From Candidatus Hadarchaeota archaeon (GTDB taxonomy: Archaea > CAYQAE01 > CAYVLA01): a stretch of DNA of 18,525 nt. The notes below the pieces were generated by a model. The model ran no database searches. It was not told where the DNA came from and worked only from the letters and a program-made list of their open reading frames with translations. The position numbers were made by a program, and so were the translations under genes. Of this stretch, positions 8,202-17,054 are shown one piece after another. The stretch spans positions 1 to 18,525 of the forward strand of contig CAYVLA010000064.1 in NCBI GenBank assembly GCA_964452145.1, given 5' to 3'. Numbering within the stretch: the stretch's first letter is position 1; each line of letters starts with the position of its first letter.

Positions 8202-9407
8202 TCAGCGACTCGTGCGCGTCACCAAGACCTCTCGATAGAATCTGCGCTTGATCATGAGAGTGTACAGCGCGAACCCCCCGACGACCAGCGTACCGCTCAC
8301 CGCTGACCACTCGGTGACGTAAACCCAGAGGAGAGCCCTCTCCTTGATCGCCATCGCCTCTTGATTGAGGGCTGCAATGCCCTCCACCATGGCTTTGATG
8401 CGATCGTAGGAGGCCTCGTATTCGCCCTCCAAGTATGCCCTTTCGGCACTTTCCCTACCCGCGTCTGCTTCGGCGATCTTTCTTTCAAGCGGAGCCGTGT
8501 TTGCTCCGAAGCTATCGACAAATTCGATGACGGCAAAGAGGAGCTTCTTTTCGATCGAGTACCGGAAGAAGGCGGCCCTCAATTCGTGTATCAGCTCAAG
8601 GCTCGGCGGTAGCGGTTTCCCGACCGAGAAGTAGAGGATGTTTAGAATGATGTCCCCTCCGTACTCGTTGCCAGCGCTCATGCTGAACCACTGCTCGTCC
8701 ACATCCACCCCCACAATCCACGTTGTGCCCTTCTCGTATTCCCAAGATATGATGTGATCATCCTCCACGCCTGCTTTGAAACCCGATTTCTTGGCGAATG
8801 CCCAGGTGTAGCTACCGAGCTTTGGATGTACCGGCCTTGCATTCTTGCCATATAGCTTCTCGATGCCAACGACGAGAAATGGGGTGAACACGGGTGGACT
8901 GTCGCGCCTGAGAACCATCTGGTAGGCGAGGTTATCCGATGGCTCAAACTCCGGCCTGAACTGCTGGGGATAGACCGCAGCAAGCTCCGAGTTCACCAAA
9001 GAGATGTAGCCTTCGGCATCAGGCCACAGGGTCAAGAGGCTGGAAACCCCCATCACGACCGACTCGCGGAATCTGTGCATCTCGGCCCCGCTGAACCACT
9101 CCATCCTGGGCTCCAGGAGGAGCAGAAAGTCGTATGCTTCCAAGAGCCTTTCCAGCGTCCTTGGGGTGTAGATACGCGTCACCTTCTTGGCCATCTCGTC
9201 AGTCATCACCCCTCCGACATCCGTCGGCAGCTCCTGCCACTGAACCGCGAAATCCAGAGAGAGCCACCCGAGCACCGGGGACTCACCGTAGCTTGTGTCC
9301 CCAATGCACAGGACCCCGATCCTTCCGGTGGCGCCGAAATGCGGTGATGCCGCAAGACATCCTACGGCGAGCAGCGCTGGTATGAGAGATAACACCCGGA
9401 GCTTCAT
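8202..9407 (-). CDS. Secreted, C-terminally anchored surface protein (possible class I amidotransferase-like fold, helical stalk, TM)
   Basis: Signal peptide MKLRVLSLIPALLAVGCLAA; alpha/beta pattern VLCIGD...AYDFLLLLEP; helical stalk; TM ALLWVYVTEWSAVSGTLVVGGFALYTLMI followed by KRR. Confidence 0.8.
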   Translation of the reverse strand: MKLRVLSLIPALLAVGCLAASPHFGATGRIGVLCIGDTSYGESPVLGWLSLDFAVQWQELPTDVGGVMTDEMAKKVTRIYTPRTLERLLEAYDFLLLLEPRMEWFSGAEMHRFRESVVMGVSSLLTLWPDAEGYISLVNSELAAVYPQQFRPEFEPSDNLAYQMVLRRDSPPVFTPFLVVGIEKLYGKNARPVHPKLGSYTWAFAKKSGFKAGVEDDHIISWEYEKGTTWIVGVDVDEQWFSMSAGNEYGGDIILNILYFSVGKPLPPSLELIHELRAAFFRYSIEKKLLFAVIEFVDSFGANTAPLERKIAEADAGRESAERAYLEGEYEASYDRIKAMVEGIAALNQEAMAIKERALLWVYVTEWSAVSGTLVVGGFALYTLMIKRRFYREVLVTRTSR

Positions 9408-9431
9408 CCGGCATGAGCCTGCGCTTCTCCC

Positions 9432-9447
9432 TGATAAAGCCTTTGAG
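9432..9447 (-). promoter_or_regulatory. BRE/TATA-like box for the surface-protein gene
   Basis: Minus strand CAAAGGCTTTATCA; TTTATC lies 26-31 nt before ATG 9407. Confidence 0.55.
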
Positions 9448-9516
9448 TTTAGGAGTTCCCGCTTCGCCGAGACTCCTTGCGGTCATACCCCGCTCTGCAG
9501 TTGCTGCGATGAGGGA

Positions 9517-9530
9517 GACAACAGATAAGT
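9517..9530 (+). promoter_or_regulatory. TATA-like box for the radical SAM gene
   Basis: GACAACAGATAAGT; GATAAG at 9524-9529 lies 27-32 nt before ATG 9556. Confidence 0.4.
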
Positions 9531-9555
9531 CAGCGAGTGCTGCATCCCCATCAAC

Positions 9556-10698
9556 ATGGTGGAGTACGTACTGAAGGGGTACAAGACGATCCTTAACAGC
9601 TTCAGATACATCGACAGCTGGTTCTGGTGCCGATACAGTCTGAACCCGTACAATGGGTGCGAGTTCGCATGCACATACTGCGATTCCCGAAGCCACAAGT
9701 ACCACCTGCACCCGAAGTTTTCACAGATCATCTACGTTAAGACCGAGCCCGGCGCGATGCTCGATCAAAGGCTGGGCCGAGCAAGAACCCTGCTACCCGA
9801 CGTGGTGGGGCTGGGTGGCACGTGCGATGCCTACCAACCTGCTGAAGCCGTCTATGGCAACACGCGCGCATGCCTCCAGGTCTTGCTGAAATACCGCTAT
9901 CCGGTCTTCATCTCAACCAAATCGTCCCTGATCCTCAGGGACCTTGATATCCTGAAGTCCATAGCGGAGGCAAGCTGGTGCACCGTTGCCGTCACCGTGA
10001 CTACGATGGACTCGGAGCTGGCTAGCTTCTTGGAGCCCTTGGCATCCGATCCTGCGGAGCGCATCGGGGTCGTCAGGAGGATTAAGCGTATCTGCCCCTC
10101 CATCCAGGCTGGGGTCAACCTCATACCGATCATCCCTGTTCTCGCGGATGATGAGCCTTGTCTCAGGGAAGTCGTCTCCGAGACAAGAAAGGCCGGAGCG
10201 GATTTCATCCTATTCGCAGGTGGGATGACGATGAGGGATAGGCAGGCCGAGTGGTTTCTCAGAAGGCTAGCCGAGGACTATCCCTCACTGCTTAGATCTT
10301 TCCTTCAAATATACGATGCAGAGTACTCCGACGATCACGGGTATCAAGGTGGATACGAGCCGAACCCGGGCTACGCAGAGCCGATCAACCGCATCATGAT
10401 ATCCCTCTGCAAGGAGCATGGGCTCAGGTTCAGGGTCAGGAGATACATACCGGAGGACTATCGGAAGGCAAACTACCTGATTGCCCAGGGATTGCTTGAC
10501 GAAGCCCATCTAGCTCAGATCACGGGCAAGCCGTGGACGAATCTCTTCTGGGCGGGTCAAAACATCAACAATCTGAGGACGTCCATATCGGAATTGGCGA
10601 AGGCAAGACAGCTGCGCACGATAAGGAACGTCGGGCCCGGCATCGAGAAGCGAATAGTCGCAATGTTGGAGGCCATCGAGTCGGGCCAGGCAAGATGA
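9556..10698 (+). CDS. Radical SAM protein, spore photoproduct lyase-like (Rv2578c-type) family, with C-terminal HhH domain
   Basis: Motifs YSLNPYNGCEFACTYC (CxxxCxxC), DAYQPAE, ISTKSSLILRDLDIL and FLEP...ERI. The C-terminal LRTIRNVGPGIEKRI is HhH-like. Confidence 0.9.
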   Translation: MVEYVLKGYKTILNSFRYIDSWFWCRYSLNPYNGCEFACTYCDSRSHKYHLHPKFSQIIYVKTEPGAMLDQRLGRARTLLPDVVGLGGTCDAYQPAEAVYGNTRACLQVLLKYRYPVFISTKSSLILRDLDILKSIAEASWCTVAVTVTTMDSELASFLEPLASDPAERIGVVRRIKRICPSIQAGVNLIPIIPVLADDEPCLREVVSETRKAGADFILFAGGMTMRDRQAEWFLRRLAEDYPSLLRSFLQIYDAEYSDDHGYQGGYEPNPGYAEPINRIMISLCKEHGLRFRVRRYIPEDYRKANYLIAQGLLDEAHLAQITGKPWTNLFWAGQNINNLRTSISELAKARQLRTIRNVGPGIEKRIVAMLEAIESGQAR

Positions 10699-11253
10699 TC
10701 AGCCGGGGATCTTACCCGCCACCCACCTGCCGGTGATTCTAAGGATTTCCGTCTTCATCTCAAGGTTCTGGCGGCGCGCGGGCACCATGTCAACCACGTC
10801 GAGGCCACATCCGGTGAGTGCCCTCTCCAAGCTTGCCGCGCATGCTGGTGCTCCGCCCCCGCCTCCTCCCGCGACGCAGATCCCGATGGCCTTCTTGCCC
10901 TGGATTCCTTGGTTGCCCCCGGACCGTGAGACGCGCCTGAGACGATCGAGAAAGGATCGCATGCTTTCGCTCAGGTCGCTGAAATAGACCGGAGTTACGA
11001 AGGTCAAGGCGTCGGCTTCGCGCGCCTTATCCAGAACGACTCGGAAATCGTCGTCGATGACGCATTGGCCCTCCCTCCTGCACTTGCCCCAGCCGCTGTT
11101 CTCGCACTGGCGACACCTCTCGATTCTCAGCTCCGGGAGGAAGACTGCTTCAGGAATGCCTCCCGCCTCGGCAACCCCGACCATAAGCGCGTTCATCGCC
11201 TTGGCCGTCTGACCCTCCCGGTTTCGGCTCCCGCATATCGCGAGCACTCTCAT
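10699..11253 (-). CDS. Iron-sulfur flavoprotein / flavodoxin-family (FMN reductase fold) protein
   Basis: Motifs MRVLAICGSRNREGQT, CRQC-x7-C-x5-C-VIDDD and ADALTFVTPVYFSDLSESMRSFLDRL. ATG 11253 overlaps the upstream stop (ATGA). Confidence 0.9.
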   Translation of the reverse strand: MRVLAICGSRNREGQTAKAMNALMVGVAEAGGIPEAVFLPELRIERCRQCENSGWGKCRREGQCVIDDDFRVVLDKAREADALTFVTPVYFSDLSESMRSFLDRLRRVSRSGGNQGIQGKKAIGICVAGGGGGGAPACAASLERALTGCGLDVVDMVPARRQNLEMKTEILRITGRWVAGKIPG

Positions 11254-13841
11254 TCGACAATCCTCCCGGGAAACGCAGACAGCTTCCACAGAGCACTGAG
11301 GCAAGCCAGAACCATCAATGCAAGGAAGCCTATCTCGGGGATCTTGGACTTCTCGAATGCGATGTGTTCCAGGGCCCTCCTCAGATCGCCTTCGGCCCCG
11401 AGGTAGTTGTTCCGCTCCAGCATCTTCCCTGCAATGAAGATGAGACGCTCGTCCAGCGAGACATCTATTCCCAGGGCCCTTGCCGTTTCGACCTCCTCCG
11501 AGGTGTACAGGAGAAGCTGCCTGACGTAGTCCATGCCCGCCGGCAGAGTCAGGTTGGCAACCAGATCCAGGCAGAGGTTGTAGTCCTGGGAAAGGTATGC
11601 TGCCCACCCCAAGGTCAGAGGTTGAGCGTACCCGGACATGTCTGCTCCGTATGCCGAGCCATTCTTGAGGACCCGATCCAATTCTGTGAGAATGCCGGAC
11701 GCGTATTCCCTGGAGACCATCCGCCAGCCTCGCCCGCCATTGTCATCCCAGGCAGCGCCCCAGCAAGTTGCATCCCTGAACTTGAACTCCAGCGTGCCGG
11801 CCGTCTGGCTCGGTATGATGACGTACCAGAGTCCGTCCGGTCCCCTGTGCATAATGCTTTCGCAAACAAGTTCGACTCTGCGGCTGTCCTGCGGCCAATC
11901 CTTGGGGAACTGCCAGCCATCGAGGCCCCAAACCAACGTGCAGGTTTCCGATTCGGCCGGCAGGGCGCCTCTTGCTGGATCGTACTTGATGATCCAGAGC
12001 CCATACGGGGCAAGGTCTCTCGAGTAGCTTGCGGGGCCTTCGGTGATCAGGTTAACTAGATAGATCACGGTCGATACCTGGTTGTTGCCCTCCAGCATCT
12101 CACCGATCTCGTTGGACGGATCGATGCCAAACACGGTCGGCAGGGCCCCAGTCAGGTTGGGAAGGGTCCAACAGATCGGAGCCGATCCACCCGCCTGTAG
12201 GCCGGGGACGATGGCCTCGGCAAGAGTCACCCCTCCGATGCTGCAGGATACGTTGAAATCGGTGGCCGGGAAAGGGCCGAGATTTCGAGCCTCGATGCAG
12301 ATGGATTTCTGGTCTTCGAGCCAGATCCTGCCCGGCGCAAGCTCGGACCCGAGGGGCCCCACCAGAACAGAGAAGATCTCGGCGTTGTTCGTATGGGTCC
12401 GTTCGTCCACCATCTGGCTGGCGTCCGCCACAACCCTCAGGGAGATATTGCCCGCAACGCTGGGCTTCCAGGCTATGTCCGCCTCACGGTAACCACCGGC
12501 CGGCAAGCCCTCCACCGCGATCCGGGCAACCTCCAGGCTCCCGAGCAACATCGAGATATCGAAAGCGGGGGCCGTCAGCATGCCATGGTTTGCCACGGCA
12601 ACCCTGATGGAGGCAGTCCGGTTGATCGCCAGCACTCTTGGGCCTGCGACGACGAGGCTGAGGTCGGCCCGGGGATCATCCGTATAGATGTGGACGTCAT
12701 ACGGCTCAAAGGAGTCTCTAAGCCTGCCACCCTCGACCTGCACCGACCTGGCTTCAAAGAGCACCGAGGCCGCATCGACCCAACCGGTCGGAAGGGTGAT
12801 CTCCGCTGATTCGAGCCTGCTCTTGTTGGTGTTCAGTGCGAACAGGTATCGCCATCCGTCGTGTGACTTCAGGAACACCTCCAGAGCGGGCTCCGCCGAA
12901 GCCATCCTCTGAAAAGGCCCATCGATGAGAACCGGCGTCAAATCACGCAGCTCGGAGGCTACTCTCTTGAGACGGAACCACAGGTCATCGGTCGCCTTCA
13001 TGTAGCTCATTCCCCAGTATATGAGACCGTTGGCCCCGTGGCACACCGCATCGTAAGCCATGAACCTTGTCTCCGTCCAAGAAGGCTGGGGCGTAGGAGT
13101 CCCGGGACGTCTCCCATGTTCGTGCCCCGGGAGCTGGTCCCAGGCGAAGCCCTGGAGGACCATGTAGATGGGCTTTCCCGCGCCCACCTGGTCGAGCTTC
13201 TCGGTGTACTGGGCAACGCAGTTAAGGTCCTGTCGAAGGTCGGAGTGTCCGTAGCCATCGGGCACCGGGTAGATGTCGGTGCCGAGGATATCTCCGCCCT
13301 CCGAGTAGGAGCGGAGGTAATCCAACTCGTTTCTGGGGGCGTGGTTCATCCAGATCGGGTGGTCTGGATCCAGGGACTTGATGTAGGCGTATCCCCTCAG
13401 GACGCCCTCCCTGTACCTGCCTGCCTGTTTGTCCATGAAGTCGACCCAGGCGATCTCGTCGGGGGCCTCGTATCCCAGCAGTCCCGGATGGTCCTTGAGC
13501 CGCTCAATATTCGACCTGAGGACTTCCTTCTTGGGATCATCATCCGACGTGAGGATCATATCCCATCCCAGAGTCGCGATCACTCCTATGCCGTGTTCCC
13601 ACGCCTCGTCCATGAACTGTAGGGATGTGCCGAGGGGACTCAGGACGGCGTTGAAGCCAGCGTTGGCAAGCTCCTCCAACTTGCTGTCCATGGGCAGGCC
13701 CTGGGGGTAGTGGTAGATGCCTATTGGGAAGTAAGGCTTGTCGTTATGTATGGCCACCGACCCGGCCAGCACCAGGGGGCTGAAGTACAGCACGAGGAGA
13801 AGCCAAGAAGGCAGGATCACAGGACCGAGGTGACATGGCAT
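11250..13841 (-). CDS. Secreted modular glycoside hydrolase-like protein (TIM barrel, two CARDB, CBM25/53-like module, helical stalk, IPE-TM anchor)
   Basis: Hydrophobic N-terminus; KPYFPIGIY, AGFNAV, DHPGLLGYEAPDE, DILGTDIYPV, MVLQGF and HGANGLIYW. CARDB-like VVADASQMVDERTHTNN and IDPSNEIGEMLEGNN. CBM-like WGLDGW..LEFKFRD..WDDNGGRGW. Tail IPEIGFLALMVLACLSALW. Confidence 0.8.
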   Translation of the reverse strand: MPCHLGPVILPSWLLLVLYFSPLVLAGSVAIHNDKPYFPIGIYHYPQGLPMDSKLEELANAGFNAVLSPLGTSLQFMDEAWEHGIGVIATLGWDMILTSDDDPKKEVLRSNIERLKDHPGLLGYEAPDEIAWVDFMDKQAGRYREGVLRGYAYIKSLDPDHPIWMNHAPRNELDYLRSYSEGGDILGTDIYPVPDGYGHSDLRQDLNCVAQYTEKLDQVGAGKPIYMVLQGFAWDQLPGHEHGRRPGTPTPQPSWTETRFMAYDAVCHGANGLIYWGMSYMKATDDLWFRLKRVASELRDLTPVLIDGPFQRMASAEPALEVFLKSHDGWRYLFALNTNKSRLESAEITLPTGWVDAASVLFEARSVQVEGGRLRDSFEPYDVHIYTDDPRADLSLVVAGPRVLAINRTASIRVAVANHGMLTAPAFDISMLLGSLEVARIAVEGLPAGGYREADIAWKPSVAGNISLRVVADASQMVDERTHTNNAEIFSVLVGPLGSELAPGRIWLEDQKSICIEARNLGPFPATDFNVSCSIGGVTLAEAIVPGLQAGGSAPICWTLPNLTGALPTVFGIDPSNEIGEMLEGNNQVSTVIYLVNLITEGPASYSRDLAPYGLWIIKYDPARGALPAESETCTLVWGLDGWQFPKDWPQDSRRVELVCESIMHRGPDGLWYVIIPSQTAGTLEFKFRDATCWGAAWDDNGGRGWRMVSREYASGILTELDRVLKNGSAYGADMSGYAQPLTLGWAAYLSQDYNLCLDLVANLTLPAGMDYVRQLLLYTSEEVETARALGIDVSLDERLIFIAGKMLERNNYLGAEGDLRRALEHIAFEKSKIPEIGFLALMVLACLSALWKLSAFPGRIVE

Positions 13842-13863
13842 GGACGGGGCTCGCCTCTCGGTC

Positions 13864-13877
13864 TGATAAGGGTTTAG
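13864..13877 (-). promoter_or_regulatory. BRE/TATA-like box for the modular hydrolase
   Basis: Minus strand TAAACCCTTATCA; CTTATC lies 24-29 nt before ATG 13841, which supports that start. Confidence 0.55.
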
Positions 13878-13933
13878 GTCGATGGTCGATGGTCGACATA
13901 GGCGCTGATGGGACCCGTGTGGAGCGGACAAAT

Positions 13934-16900
13934 CTAGCGACGGACTGGTCGTCGTCCGGAGTACGCAGCCCTCACAATCGTTAGATCGCGGAGCCGGGGC
14001 AGTTCGATCAGCTCACCTTCATGGTCGACTTTCGTCCAAGCTTCTCCGTTGACGGTCACTGATCGGATCCGGGCCCTCCAAGGATGGCGAAGCCTCAGGA
14101 AGACCCTTCTGGGCCGCGAGCGCGTCGGTGGGTCGATGACTGCCGTGATGCGGCGTGCCTTCGCATCCACATCTATCTGCAGACTCACCGCGCCGAAGTG
14201 CGTCTCGGCCTCTCGAATCCAGACGCTCTTGCCGGGAGACAACCAAGCTCTGGGCAATGCCTTCCCCAGATACAGCTCACGCCCTGATTCGTGGACAAAC
14301 ATCGAACGCAGATGGAAGGCCACCATGGCCTCGTCCGAACTCTTGAAGTGATCTCCGGCCCAGTCTGCCAGCGTGGGAAGGGGATGCTCGGTCATCGACC
14401 TGATGTCTGCCCGCCAGCACGCAGCGAAGCTGTTGAAGAATACCCTGAGGAAATGTTCGATCTGATCTCGCACGAAGTAGGGGCATATTGTGTATACTAG
14501 GTTGGGTTGCATGCTGAATCCTCCTCGGCTGAACCATTGGGCTTCGAAGTTGTCCAAGGCATAGTTAAAGGGAGAGTCTAGGTATCTGTTGTCCTCGAAG
14601 TCCTTAAGGATCCAGGTGCTTAGCGGGTCGTCTGCAGGGAGAACGGTGGTCACCAGGTTGATCGATCCCTCCAAGACCTCCCTGATCCACCCGATGTCCC
14701 TTCCTCGCCAGTAGAGGCGCGATGGCACATGGGGCAAGTAGGTTCCATCGCGCAGGGCGACCAGCGGGGAGCGGATCGTTGACTCACGAACCCCCCTGAG
14801 TATATGCCTCCTGTAGCTCTCAGCTTCCTTGGTCAAGCGAGGACCGTCCGGGTGGCCCACCGATGTGAGCGCATCGGCGGCCGCCGCCAAGCCACGATAG
14901 GTAAGGCAGTTCGTCGAGAACCAGTAGCAGAACTCCCGCACGTCCTCAAGCGAACCCGCAGGCAGATAACCGTGCTCCAATGCAGGCCTGCCCTTCAGCG
15001 CCATGGTGGCCCTCCTTTCTCGGACAACCCAGTCACAGCCATCCACCAGCTTCGAAGCTATGCCGAGTAGCCAGTTTCTGTCGTCGGTATACTTGAAGTG
15101 TTCGGCGAGTCCCCACAGAACCCAGCCGTGGTGCTGATTGTAGCCCCCGCTCTCGTAGCCCCCTGAACCGTAGAAGATGCCTTCCTTGCTCTGGAAGTTG
15201 CCGGGCAGACCGACCGTACCTTGGTAATGCAGGTAGGTCTCCAGATGACGCCTTGCCTCCTCGTGGTGGCCGCGGCGGTCCAGATCCATAATCTGCATGA
15301 TCGATTCGTTGGAGAAGTTTCCGTAGTTGAAACTGCTGACTCTGCCTATGATCCGGTCGGACCCGATCTCGTGTTCGTCGTTGATGAGGATGTGGGTCAG
15401 GTGGGCTTTGAAGAAATCGTCAAGATCTTGGATCCCGGTGTGGATCTGGGTTCCCTGGGCGGTGCGCCTCTTCCAGAAGGCTTTCACCTTGCGGTGCTCC
15501 TCGTCCCAGTTCGCCCGGGCCAACAGATCATGTTCGTCGCTGGACCCTGATGGGGCGAAGGGCATCTTGACAACGATTGCGTGGCTCTCTCCGGGCGCAA
15601 GGCTCAGCTTGTAGAGAAGACCCATCTCCTTTGATGACATAGTGCTTCTGCCCTGCGTGTCCACCATCAGCCTCAGATGGAGCTCTCCGTCCTTGACGTA
15701 TGCCGATTGGCCTTCCAGCACCAGGTGTTCGATCCCTCGCGGTCTGCTCTCAATCCGGAGGAACTGCCTGACCACCAGACTCTCGTCTCCCCGGTTCTTG
15801 AAGGTCAGGCGAGCCATCGCCACGACGAGTTCGTCACCCGACGGAGCAGAATCTGGGGGTCCGGGCAGCTTCGTTGCAAAGACCTCCTGAACCAAATCAA
15901 GGGCTCCCTTGGAGAAGGTTGATCTAATCATGGGCAGGTACCCTTCCTCCAAGAATCGTCCATTGGGAGTCATGTCATCCCAGTCGAATCTGAGGTATAG
16001 TCTGCTGCCTTCCCAGAAGATTCTGGAGGTCTCCGGGCCGGGGACCTTCCTGATGAACCCGATCCCGGCGAAGATGTCCCCGTTAATTTCGATCCCAAAC
16101 TTCTGCCGCGAACCTTCGACCCCGACGACGAAGTGCATGGGCCTCTTCGGCGGGTCATCCTTGACGGCGGATGCCAGGGACTGCTCAGGCATATCCCGGA
16201 TCCGATCGTATGTGGACCTGCCCGTGACTATGCTGCGGACGTACTTGGGGCTGTAGCGCACATTGGCCGACGCATCCGCGACGAGGACCCGGAGGTCGGG
16301 CACCCAGATGGGGCGTTCAGGGGTCATGTCCTCGGGTCTGAATGAGAAGCTGGCCTGCGAGGAACGGACGGTGACGATGGTCCCATCGTGGGAGAAGGGC
16401 CCTGGCCTTGCTGCGATGATGCTGATGTAAAGACGTGGATCGCGGGCACTTGGAGTTCTCACCTCGTCCAGGAACCCATTGTAGACTTCCACCTTGGGGT
16501 CCGGGATGGGTCGCCCCCTCAGCCCGCATCCCAACTGAACTGTGAACTTCCTTTTGACGATCTCGGTCGCGGTGTATATGCTGGCTCGAGGTTTGGGCCG
16601 AGGCCGATCCAAGGTGATCCTGAGCTTCAGGGTCCTTCTGAAGGTCACGTTGTAGTCCTTTGCCTCCGGGATCTCGGAATCGCCCAGCGGGTTGAAGGCC
16701 AGCGTCAGGCAACGCTCATGCCATCCCGCAGTCGTGTGCGCCTGGCGCCAGGACCCGTTGAACCAGTCATCCTGTGGCTTCCAGCCTGCCCTTCCGATCC
16801 TGCCCGGTGCAAGATCGTCGGCTGTCCATCGCGAGCTCGGCCACTTGTTCTGCCAGTACTCCACTCTTACTCTATCACCAGGAGACGCAGCAAGCCGATC

Positions 16901-17014
16901 CGGGTAGCTCAGGTCAATGCGGCACAGATCCCGGGGTTCTTCCCAACGGAAAAGCAGCACTCTGCCGCCTTCCTCTTCCCAGCGGTGGGCGAATGGCGCG
17001 ACGTCCAAAGGCAT
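13934..17014 (-). CDS. Large (~1026 aa) six-hairpin glycosidase-like ((alpha/alpha)6 barrel) protein, no signal peptide
   Basis: Beta-rich N-terminal half, then helical hairpins (LDRRGHHEEARRHL, HGWVLWGLAEHFKYTDDRNWL, WFSTNCLTYRGLAAAA) and a C-terminal sandwich (LGKALPRAWL, ETHFGAVS). ATG 17014 is preceded by a GATAAG box. The upstream in-frame extension is Arg/Ser-rich and unprotein-like. Confidence 0.8.
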   Translation of the reverse strand: MPLDVAPFAHRWEEEGGRVLLFRWEEPRDLCRIDLSYPDRLAASPGDRVRVEYWQNKWPSSRWTADDLAPGRIGRAGWKPQDDWFNGSWRQAHTTAGWHERCLTLAFNPLGDSEIPEAKDYNVTFRRTLKLRITLDRPRPKPRASIYTATEIVKRKFTVQLGCGLRGRPIPDPKVEVYNGFLDEVRTPSARDPRLYISIIAARPGPFSHDGTIVTVRSSQASFSFRPEDMTPERPIWVPDLRVLVADASANVRYSPKYVRSIVTGRSTYDRIRDMPEQSLASAVKDDPPKRPMHFVVGVEGSRQKFGIEINGDIFAGIGFIRKVPGPETSRIFWEGSRLYLRFDWDDMTPNGRFLEEGYLPMIRSTFSKGALDLVQEVFATKLPGPPDSAPSGDELVVAMARLTFKNRGDESLVVRQFLRIESRPRGIEHLVLEGQSAYVKDGELHLRLMVDTQGRSTMSSKEMGLLYKLSLAPGESHAIVVKMPFAPSGSSDEHDLLARANWDEEHRKVKAFWKRRTAQGTQIHTGIQDLDDFFKAHLTHILINDEHEIGSDRIIGRVSSFNYGNFSNESIMQIMDLDRRGHHEEARRHLETYLHYQGTVGLPGNFQSKEGIFYGSGGYESGGYNQHHGWVLWGLAEHFKYTDDRNWLLGIASKLVDGCDWVVRERRATMALKGRPALEHGYLPAGSLEDVREFCYWFSTNCLTYRGLAAAADALTSVGHPDGPRLTKEAESYRRHILRGVRESTIRSPLVALRDGTYLPHVPSRLYWRGRDIGWIREVLEGSINLVTTVLPADDPLSTWILKDFEDNRYLDSPFNYALDNFEAQWFSRGGFSMQPNLVYTICPYFVRDQIEHFLRVFFNSFAACWRADIRSMTEHPLPTLADWAGDHFKSSDEAMVAFHLRSMFVHESGRELYLGKALPRAWLSPGKSVWIREAETHFGAVSLQIDVDAKARRITAVIDPPTRSRPRRVFLRLRHPWRARIRSVTVNGEAWTKVDHEGELIELPRLRDLTIVRAAYSGRRPVRR

Positions 17015-17035
17015 GGAGGGATCCCGGCGGCGATG

Positions 17036-17050
17036 CCTTATCACTCTTTG
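17036..17050 (-). promoter_or_regulatory. TATA-like box for the six-hairpin protein
   Basis: Minus strand CAAAGAGTGATAAG; GATAAG lies 23-28 nt before ATG 17014. Confidence 0.4.
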
Positions 17051-17054
17051 GTCA

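Noticed and set aside
11254..11607. N-terminal extension of the flavoprotein ORF
   Set aside because: It overlaps the hydrolase gene; the fold starts at MRVLAICGS with ATGA coupling.
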